A stretch of DNA of 31,527 nucleotides from Candidatus Dojkabacteria bacterium (lineage in GTDB: Bacteria > Patescibacteriota > Dojkabacteria > JAOAGR01): contig JBMCLJ010000005.1 in assembly GCA_048615375.1 (NCBI GenBank), forward strand, positions 1 through 31,527, written 5' to 3'. The translations under genes and the position numbers were made by a program. The first letter of the stretch is position 1. Every line of letters starts with the position of its first letter. The notes beneath the pieces are model-generated. The model searched no databases, was not told where the DNA came from, and was given only the letters and a program-made list of their open reading frames with translations. This document shows positions 8,682 to 15,456 of the stretch, piece after piece.

Positions 8682-9188
8682 CGCTGACTTGAATCCTGCC
8701 TTCGACCATTTGTTAATAAGCTTATACGCCCAATCATAATGGCTACTGGTAGCGGAAATTAAGTAAGCACCAAGAGAGCTCGATCCAGTCCAGGAATATA
8801 ATTTTTTGGTAAAGAGCTCTTCGTTTGAATGCCTTTCGATTACAGCGGTTACTGATTGATGAGATTCTTTTAAACCAGCAAGCACGTCTTCAAAAATATC
8901 GTCCTTGTGTTCTCGATATAATTTATCGTTTAGCTCGGGAGTTGTTTTCCATGTGTACCCCTCTGGAAGAAAACGTGGATTCAATCCACTCATTCCAGAC
9001 TCATGCCACTTCAGTGTCATCTTATGCCAGGAACTGAGGTGAGCAAGTATGTCCTTAACCGACCACGCTTCACACACACCAGGTTGAGCAGTATTGTGTT
9101 GCGGAACGCTCTCAATCAAATTAAGCAGTTGTTCATAGTTCTGCTGACTACTTTGTAGTAATTCTTCTTTATTCTTTGCTCGCACCAT
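8655..9188 (-). CDS. ClbS/DfsB-family protein (DUF1706, colibactin self-protection protein homologue)
   Basis: Alignable to E. coli ClbS at the N-terminus (KEELL....Y..LL..IES.P) and at the C-terminal ERHSNEELF.K..Y.WT region. Start is taken at the internal Met (MVRAKNKEELL). Convergently overlaps the preceding gene by 27 bp. Confidence 0.7.
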   Translation of the reverse strand: MVRAKNKEELLQSSQQNYEQLLNLIESVPQHNTAQPGVCEAWSVKDILAHLSSWHKMTLKWHESGMSGLNPRFLPEGYTWKTTPELNDKLYREHKDDIFEDVLAGLKESHQSVTAVIERHSNEELFTKKLYSWTGSSSLGAYLISATSSHYDWAYKLINKWSKAGFKSALASSFDNN

Positions 9189-9371
9189 AGATACATCATG
9201 ATACCAAACTTTGATGAAGAATAAATTGTTGCCAATGTATATATCATTGTCATATAATCTCAACTGGGTAATGAGTTTTACGCAAGCAGTTCAGTATACT
9301 GCGCCGGTATACGGATCTCTTTTTACGAGATTGATTCGGATGTTCCGAAGCTTGTTGTCCACCAAAAATAT

Positions 9372-9447
9372 GTGGGTTCGAGTCCCATGTCTGACTAGTA
9401 CTCAGATTAGTTCAATGGTAGAACACTCGCCTGTTAAGCGATTTTTT
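9372..9447 (+). pseudogene. degenerate / permuted tRNA-like remnant: a tRNA 3' part (T-arm GTGGG-TTCGAGT-CCCAT + acceptor strand GTCTGAC) immediately followed by a tRNA 5' part (acceptor CTCAGAT, D-arm GTTC-AATGGTA-GAAC, anticodon stem-loop CTCGC-CTGTTAA-GCGA with GTT = Asn-type anticodon) and a T6 run
   Basis: Manual reading. The two halves are in the wrong order for a canonical gene. Acceptor strands pair only 6/7 and the anticodon stem 4/5, and no intact cloverleaf exists on either strand. Confidence 0.4.
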
Positions 9448-9510
9448 AAAGAAGCTTGTCAGGTGCACATGGACAGAAACGTGGATACCTTGAAGCCGTC
9501 GGGCTGAGAG

Positions 9511-9526
9511 GTTGAAACGTTTCAAC
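9511..9526. promoter_or_regulatory. perfect 16-bp palindrome GTTGAAACGTTTCAAC, candidate operator about 200 bp upstream of the SPFH-patatin gene pair
   Basis: Read directly; exact dyad symmetry. Confidence 0.35.
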
Positions 9527-9724
9527 AGAATCGTAGTTCTGCATTGGAGAGGATACCGTTAAACTCAGGTATTTTGAGTGCCAGGCTTTGTACTTCTGCG
9601 AAAGCAGGAATACAAGCTCAACACGAGAGGTACTTCAGGTTAACTCAATCTCTGATCCACTGTTATTCTGTCGTCCAAACGCACCTGCAAGCTTCAAAAT
9701 ATAGTATTCGAAGATAATAACGCT

Positions 9725-10855
9725 ATGTTTACAAAAATTATAGTAAAAGAAAACGAACGAGTCATAATGCTGAGAAACGGTCAATTTGCCGAAATTCTCC
9801 GCCCAGGTAAACATACATTCTTTGATCTTTCAAACTCGTTACAGTTTGAAACACACATACTTGCTAATCAGAAAATTATCAGCGCGTACATTGACGCCAT
9901 TACGCGATCTTATTCTCAGTATGTTCAGGAATCGGTAATTACGATTCAACCAGATGAAGGACATGTTGGCATTGTATTCATTAATGGGAAAATCGTTGAA
10001 CTGGTAACTCCTGGCATGGTATCCCACTACTGGAAAGAGGCAGGAGAGCTTAACGTGGAATACATCCAAACTTCAGACGAACATATGCTTGTTCCCGAAA
10101 ATATGCACGCGGCTTGTAAAGAATTTGGGTTCCTTAACCCGAATATTATGGAGCAAATCAATGTCCCCGAAGAGCACAAGGGACTTCTCTATGTAAATAA
10201 CGCGTACCATTCTACTCTTGAGCATGGAATTTACTTTATCTGGACAGTGGGAAGGACTGTTGAGCTCAAGCTGATTGACACACGTTTTCTTGAGCTTGAA
10301 ATAAGCGGTCAGGAAGTACTCACAAAAGATCGAGTAACAATACGAGTAAACCTTGTCTGTTACTACATGATTCACGATGCAATGAAAGTAGTGAAAGAAA
10401 TTGGCGATTACTACTCATTTGTATACAAGCACTTGCAGTTTGCCTTGAGAAAGGCGGTGGAATCACGTACTCTTGATGAAGTACTTGATAGTAAGTCGTC
10501 ACTCGACCAGGAAGTATTGAAAGAAATTTCTGAAGCAGTTGGCGAACACGGAATAAAAATACAGGAAACATCTGTTAAAGACATAATCCTTCCTGGAGAA
10601 ATGCGGGAAATTCTCAATCAGGTGATCCAGGCAGAAAAAGCAGCGCAGGCAAACCTCATCAAGCGAAGAGAAGAAACCGCGGCCACCCGTTCACTCTTGA
10701 ACACTGCAAAGCTGATGGATGACCATCCTATGCTACTCAGATTAAAAGAAATCGAAGCGGTAGAAAGTATATTGCAAAAAGTAGAGAATCTATCAATCTT
10801 TGGAGGCACTGACGATTTGATAGGCAAAATACTGAGTTCATCTCCAAAAAAATAA
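9725..10855 (+). CDS. SPFH / band-7 (stomatin-prohibitin-flotillin-HflK/C) domain protein lacking any transmembrane segment, with an atypical ~140-aa region inserted after the first SPFH beta-strands
   Basis: The N-terminus VKENERVIMLRNGQFAEILRPGKHTFF matches the canonical SPFH start (V.e.e..vv.rfGk....l.PGlhf). The core LTKDRVTIRVNLVCYYMIHD...LDEVLDSKSSLDQEVLKEISEAVGEHGIKIQETSVKDIILPGEMREILNQVIQAEKAAQA matches the SPFH core followed by a coiled-coil Ala/Glu-rich segment. No hydrophobic helix is present. Residues about 70-105 (IQPDEGHVGIVFINGKIVELVTPGMVSHYW) repeat the N-terminal start motif. Confidence 0.75.
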   Translation: MFTKIIVKENERVIMLRNGQFAEILRPGKHTFFDLSNSLQFETHILANQKIISAYIDAITRSYSQYVQESVITIQPDEGHVGIVFINGKIVELVTPGMVSHYWKEAGELNVEYIQTSDEHMLVPENMHAACKEFGFLNPNIMEQINVPEEHKGLLYVNNAYHSTLEHGIYFIWTVGRTVELKLIDTRFLELEISGQEVLTKDRVTIRVNLVCYYMIHDAMKVVKEIGDYYSFVYKHLQFALRKAVESRTLDEVLDSKSSLDQEVLKEISEAVGEHGIKIQETSVKDIILPGEMREILNQVIQAEKAAQANLIKRREETAATRSLLNTAKLMDDHPMLLRLKEIEAVESILQKVENLSIFGGTDDLIGKILSSSPKK

Positions 10856-10913
10856 GCTCTGGTACATCCCCTCTATATATTTCCCTTCGAAGTTATTTTG
10901 CTACAATGAAGGT

Positions 10914-11903
10914 ATGAATGTTGTTAAAGTGCTATCTATCGATGGAGGAGGAATAAGAGGGATAATACCTGCTTTACTGCTTTCAGAAATTGAACGGCTA
11001 ACAGGAAAATATATAGCTGACCTTTTTGACCTCATCGTTGGGACCTCGACCGGAGCAGTCCTGACCCTGGGACTCACCAAACCGGATGATAACCTCAGTC
11101 CGGTGTATAGAGCTTCAGATCTCATGAGGTTTTATGAACAGGACGGAGCGTACATATTTTCTAAAACACTCTGGAGAAACCTCCGTACCGCCTGGGGCTT
11201 AGCCGATGAACGTTATAATGACGCGCGTCTTGAAGAGGTTCTGGAAAAATATTTTGGTACTACAACACTTAAAGACTCTTTGGCGGATGTAGTCATAACA
11301 GCGTATGAAATAGAGCGAAGATTTCCGTTTTTTTTCAAAAGTCGAAAATCTAAATTTGCGAGAAACTATAACTTTCTCATGAAAGATATAGTACGCGCCT
11401 CAACTGCTGCTCCAACGTATTTTGAACCTAAAAAAATTCCAACTGAAGATAGTAGTGAATATTTCTCGCTTATTGATGGTGGCGTTTTCGCGAATAACCC
11501 AGCTATGTGCGGGTATGTTGAAGCGTTAACAATTTTTCCTGAAGCGAAAAGTGTTTTACTTGTTTCGCTGGGAACAGGTCATCAAACCAGGAGTATTATG
11601 CACGAAAATGCGAAAGGCTGGGGACTGGCTCAGTGGGCAGTACCTATACTTGATACTGTTTTTGACGGCATAAGCGATACAGTTGATTACCAACTCAAGC
11701 AGATTCTTGATGATTACAACGGTATGCAAATGTATTTCAGATTTCAACCTACTCTGGAAGAAGTTAACCAAAGTCTCGATGACGCGTCACCTGAAAATAT
11801 CAGGAAGCTTAAGTTACTAGCAGAAACGCTTGTCCGTGAAAGACAAAGAGATATCCAGACACTCTCGGAAATGCTGCTCTTGTTTTCCCAACCCAGTACG
11901 TAA
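10914..11903 (+). CDS. patatin-like phospholipase (Ser-Asp dyad lipid acyl hydrolase)
   Basis: Oxyanion-hole DGGGIRG, nucleophile elbow GTSTGA and catalytic DGG (LIDGGVFANNP) are all present and intact. Starts 58 bp after the SPFH gene on the same strand. Confidence 0.9.
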   Translation: MNVVKVLSIDGGGIRGIIPALLLSEIERLTGKYIADLFDLIVGTSTGAVLTLGLTKPDDNLSPVYRASDLMRFYEQDGAYIFSKTLWRNLRTAWGLADERYNDARLEEVLEKYFGTTTLKDSLADVVITAYEIERRFPFFFKSRKSKFARNYNFLMKDIVRASTAAPTYFEPKKIPTEDSSEYFSLIDGGVFANNPAMCGYVEALTIFPEAKSVLLVSLGTGHQTRSIMHENAKGWGLAQWAVPILDTVFDGISDTVDYQLKQILDDYNGMQMYFRFQPTLEEVNQSLDDASPENIRKLKLLAETLVRERQRDIQTLSEMLLLFSQPST

Positions 11904-12017
11904 ATGAACAACTTATTTTCCGGCTAATTTACTATACTTTTTTATTTACGTGCGGATATCGTAATTTCTTACTACAAACCCCTTGCATATATAATACAAG
12001 AAAGGAGGTGATATAAT

Positions 12018-12293
12018 ATGTCATTATTACTATGGATTATTGTAGGTGGAGTCGCAGGGTGGCTAGCAAGTGTCATTCTTGGCGCTAACGAAAGAATGGG
12101 AATATTTGCTAATATCATAGTTGGTATGATTGGCTCATTAATTGGAGGAATTATAGTAACTCTAATTTCTGAAGGTGAGCTGGCGTTAAGTACGGAGTTT
12201 ACAAATCTAAGCATCGCGAGCTTATTAGTATCGCTGCTTGGAGCAATTATACTAATCGGAATTATAAGAGGAGTACGTAAAGCGTCTCACTAA
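12018..12293 (+). CDS. GlsB/YeaQ/YmgE-family stress-response membrane protein (transglycosylase-associated protein family)
   Basis: About 90 aa with glycine-zipper helices. The N-terminus LLLWIIVGGVAGWLASVILG is characteristic. Strong SD AAAGGAGGTGAT. Confidence 0.8.
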   Translation: MSLLLWIIVGGVAGWLASVILGANERMGIFANIIVGMIGSLIGGIIVTLISEGELALSTEFTNLSIASLLVSLLGAIILIGIIRGVRKASH

Positions 12294-12314
12294 ATTGAAG
12301 TAATTGATTGATAT

Positions 12315-12346
12315 AAAGGCTCACAACATAGTGAGCCTTTATTATT
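12315..12346 (+). terminator. rho-independent terminator (AAAGGCTCAC-AACATA-GTGAGCCTTT followed by ATTATT)
   Basis: Perfect 10-bp stem with 6-nt loop and a U-rich tail directly after the GlsB-family gene stop. Confidence 0.6.
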
Positions 12347-12374
12347 GCCTAAATTTTACAAAAAGATATATAAT
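12345..12374 (+). promoter_or_regulatory. sigma70-like promoter TTGCCT-18-TATAAT driving the valS leader
   Basis: Consensus -10 TATAAT at 12369-12374 and -35-like TTGCCT at 12345-12350. Confidence 0.45.
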
Positions 12375-12380
12375 ACATCA

Positions 12381-12610
12381 GAAAAATCCTATCCGATGGA
12401 CTGTGTCACCATCGGGGAGCCGGAAGAACCCAGGTTAGAAGCAACACTGGAAGTAGAATCGGACGGGTAAGCCCGTAAACGCTGTAAAAAGTCTTTGTGA
12501 AAAAAGAGATCTTTTTCTCACAAAGAGAAGCAGGACGGTATCGAAATCAAATCAAAATTTCCCTGCATTACACTATCAAACTGGTAGTGCAATGCGGGGA
12601 TTTTTTATTG
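12381..12610 (+). ncRNA. structured ~230-nt leader of valS ending in an intrinsic terminator (hairpin GCATTACACT...AGTGCAATGC + GGGGATTTTTTATT); candidate T-box-like / attenuation leader
   Basis: Successive hairpins read from the sequence: CCGATGG-ACTGTGTCA-CCATCGG (12393-12415), whose loop carries the Val codon GUC followed by A; GACGGGTAAGCCCGT; a 16-bp hairpin at 12492-12528; and the terminator at 12565-12609. The T-box consensus box itself is not clearly recognisable. Confidence 0.35.
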
Positions 12611-14974
12611 CTTATATCTAACAAAGTTAACAACAATGAAACAACTACCACAGGGACAATACAACTTTACAGAAATCGAGAACCTGAGTACGATCCTCGA
12701 AAAGATAAAGTGCTCAGCACTGAGGAGATGAAACACGATGACCGTGAACCATGGTGTCTCATCTGCCCACCGCCAAACGCGTATGACCGACCGCACATGG
12801 GTAATATGTCCGGTTATCCCTACATGGATGCACTGGGAAGATACCATCGGATGAAAGGCAAAAAAGTACTTCTATTCCCTGGTAAGGATCACGCGGGCAT
12901 TGAAGGCGAAGTTACCTACGTTAAATACTTTCTTGAACCGAAAGGAATCAATAAATTTGACCTCGGACGGGAAGAATTTTACAAACAGGTTTGGGAAAGT
13001 CAGCATGGATTTATCCCACAAATACAACGTGATGAAAAGAACCTTGGTCTCTCAGCGGACTTTGATCGGGACCTGTACACGATGGATCCAAAAGTTGTCC
13101 GAATGGTTCTGGAGACTTTTGAAAAAATGTACAAAGACGGGCTGATTTACAAAGGAGTACGGATAGTAAACTGGGATCCTAAATCTCGTACGGCAATTTC
13201 TGACAGTCAGTGTGAACGGACTGAGCGTGAAGGTAAAATTTATCACATTAAATACCCACTTCAGGATGATCCGGGCACATTCCTAACCGTTGCGACGACA
13301 CGTCCAGAGACCATGCTTGGCGATACAGCTCTCGCTGTTAACCCTGAAGATGAACGATATACTCACCTGATTGGAAAGTCCGCAATACTTCCCATTGCAG
13401 ATCGCCCCATCCCAATCATTACCTCGACACGAGTTGAAAAAGACTTTGGTACTGGAGTACTGAAAGTTACTCCTGCCCACGCACCAGACGATTATGAGAT
13501 TATGCTGGAATGGAACAGCGAAGTAGAGTCGCTGGAAAGGGATACCCCTACCGTTTTTGACCCAAATAAACATCATAAGATAAGTTATATCAATGTGATT
13601 GATAAAAATCTTCGCATGTGTGGACCAATTCCAGAAAAATACTTTGGGATAAAAGCCTCCGTAGCCAAAGAAGAGATTGTTAAGGATTTGCAGGAACAGG
13701 GCTTGTTTATTAAGGATGAACCACTGATAAAGAATATCCTCATAAGTGAGCGTTCTGGAGCCGTGATAGAACCTATGATGTCTTCGCAGTGGTTTATTGA
13801 TGTTTCACCAATTAAGGACAAGTTACTTGAAGTACTCGCCACGGGTGAATTAAAAATACATCCAAAAAGTGCTGAAGGAAAGTATATTTCCTGGGTAAAA
13901 AACCTGCGTGACTGGGCAATTTCCAGAAACCTCTGGTGGGGATATCGTCTACCGGTCTGGTATCACGGAGAGCTCATTGAAAAGGTAAATGAAGAAGGCC
14001 AGATCACCAACTACATTAAACAAGGCGACCAGGAGCACCTCCTCGACCCACAAAATCATGACCATATCCGTGTCCAGCTTGATTCTCCCGGGGATGGCTG
14101 GATTCAGGATGATGATATACTGGATACCTGGTTCAGCTCTGGTCAGTGGCCGTACCTGTGTCTGGAATCAGCCGACCTCACTGATCTGTTCTATCCGACA
14201 GACGTTCTTGTTTCCGGCTTTGATCTACTGGTTAAATGGGATCTGTTTATGGTTCTGTTTGGAATTTATCATAAAGCAGAAGTCCCCTTCAAAAACCTTT
14301 ATCTCACAGGGTTAGTCAAAGGAACTGACGGACAGAAAATGAGTAAGTCGAAAAGAAATTTTGTTCCTGTGGATGACGTTCAGACTGGCTACGGAATGGA
14401 CGCGTTTAGAATGAATTGCTACTACCAGAACAAGGCTGGAAGAGCGTATGCAATTACTCCTGCGAGTTTAAAGAATTTCCGAAACTTCAACAATAAAATC
14501 TGGAACGCTTCAAAATTTGTAATGATGAACCTTGAAGGAATCGAAAAAAACTCCTGGTTCGATGAGCTAAGTGCAATCATAACCGCTGAGGAACTCAAAC
14601 GATACGTATCCAGTGCTGGTCAATTTGAATTCAGAGAGGAAGACAACGCGATGCTGGAAAAGCTTACCTATCTTGAAAAGCGTTTTGATGAACTCATGCA
14701 AAAATTCAGGTTTGGCATCCTGACTGAAGAACTCTACAACGAATTCTGGCACTATTTCTGCGACATCTACATCGAACAGACAAAAGGACGCGTATGGAAA
14801 AATGCACCTGAGCCAGTAGCAGAAAGCTCGCGCGCGGCAGCCCAGGCAATTTTATTTTATTCCTTAAAATCATTCCTCAGAATGCTCCACCCTTTCATTC
14901 CTTTCATCACCGAGGAAATCTGGCAACACCTCGTCGAAGACAAAACCCCCCTTATGTACTCAGTAAGTAAATAG
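12608..14974 (+). CDS. valS: valyl-tRNA synthetase (short form lacking the C-terminal coiled coil)
   Basis: PPPN motif, TTRPETMLGDTALAVNPEDERY editing-domain signature, KMSKS and a ValRS-type anticodon-binding region. The start is uncertain: the track's GTG at 12497 lies inside the leader hairpin and terminator, so the in-frame TTG at 12608 is proposed. The in-frame ATG at 12728 would leave too little sequence before PPPN. The HIGH motif reads HMGN. Confidence 0.85.
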   Translation: MLISNKVNNNETTTTGTIQLYRNREPEYDPRKDKVLSTEEMKHDDREPWCLICPPPNAYDRPHMGNMSGYPYMDALGRYHRMKGKKVLLFPGKDHAGIEGEVTYVKYFLEPKGINKFDLGREEFYKQVWESQHGFIPQIQRDEKNLGLSADFDRDLYTMDPKVVRMVLETFEKMYKDGLIYKGVRIVNWDPKSRTAISDSQCERTEREGKIYHIKYPLQDDPGTFLTVATTRPETMLGDTALAVNPEDERYTHLIGKSAILPIADRPIPIITSTRVEKDFGTGVLKVTPAHAPDDYEIMLEWNSEVESLERDTPTVFDPNKHHKISYINVIDKNLRMCGPIPEKYFGIKASVAKEEIVKDLQEQGLFIKDEPLIKNILISERSGAVIEPMMSSQWFIDVSPIKDKLLEVLATGELKIHPKSAEGKYISWVKNLRDWAISRNLWWGYRLPVWYHGELIEKVNEEGQITNYIKQGDQEHLLDPQNHDHIRVQLDSPGDGWIQDDDILDTWFSSGQWPYLCLESADLTDLFYPTDVLVSGFDLLVKWDLFMVLFGIYHKAEVPFKNLYLTGLVKGTDGQKMSKSKRNFVPVDDVQTGYGMDAFRMNCYYQNKAGRAYAITPASLKNFRNFNNKIWNASKFVMMNLEGIEKNSWFDELSAIITAEELKRYVSSAGQFEFREEDNAMLEKLTYLEKRFDELMQKFRFGILTEELYNEFWHYFCDIYIEQTKGRVWKNAPEPVAESSRAAAQAILFYSLKSFLRMLHPFIPFITEEIWQHLVEDKTPLMYSVSK

Positions 14975-15014
14975 CTCAATAGATAACTGTGCCAGTATAC
15001 CAATAAACCTTTTG

Positions 15015-15040
15015 GGAACCGCGTTGCGTGGTGCGGTTCC
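15015..15040 (+). terminator. GC-rich hairpin GGAACCGC-(10 nt)-GCGGTTCC downstream of valS, without U-tract
   Basis: Perfect 8-bp GC-rich stem 40 nt after the valS stop. It stands out in AT-rich DNA. The terminator role is inferred only. Confidence 0.3.
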
Positions 15041-15144
15041 TGAAGGTCATGTACATATTCACCTATTGAACAATTCACAAATTCAACACTGTACCCCCTT
15101 CTTCATAGTACTGTAAATCAATTCCACATAAGTATTAGAAGAAT

Positions 15145-15420
15145 ATGGATTTCAGTACAAAAGAACAATTTAATTACACGATACCTTTTGTCAATAAAGT
15201 CATGCTTATGTTTTTCTACGTAGTATGCTTGATTGGCTTGATCAATATTGGCAGTGGATCTTCTTCGTTTTTCGGATATTTGTTTGCTGTTGTCATTGTA
15301 CACGGCATATTGCTTTACCTGGGTATGATACGTAAATTGTCAAAACGCACAGTGAATGTTATGAATCTAATGTTTGTCCTGCCAGCACTTGTTGGACTGG
15401 TGGCTCGTGCATTACTGTGA
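15145..15420 (+). CDS. small hypothetical membrane protein (about 3 predicted TM helices)
   Basis: ORF with hydrophobic helices (FFYVVCLIGLINIG, YLFAVVIVHGILLYLGMI, LMFVLPALVGLVARALL). No recognisable family. Confidence 0.4.
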   Translation: MDFSTKEQFNYTIPFVNKVMLMFFYVVCLIGLINIGSGSSSFFGYLFAVVIVHGILLYLGMIRKLSKRTVNVMNLMFVLPALVGLVARALL

Positions 15421-15456
15421 ATTTGTGAAAAAACGTAAAATCCTTTAGCATAAAGT

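Noticed and set aside
9448-9530. SRP-RNA / 4.5S-like motif (GTCAGGTGCAC...)
   Set aside because: Only a 7-nt match to the SRP domain IV consensus. The surrounding helix cannot be built.
12497-12607. GTG start at 12497 for valS
   Set aside because: It lies inside a 16-bp leader hairpin and upstream of an intrinsic terminator, and adds a non-conserved extension. A TTG at 12608 or a nearby non-canonical start is more plausible, though this is still uncertain.
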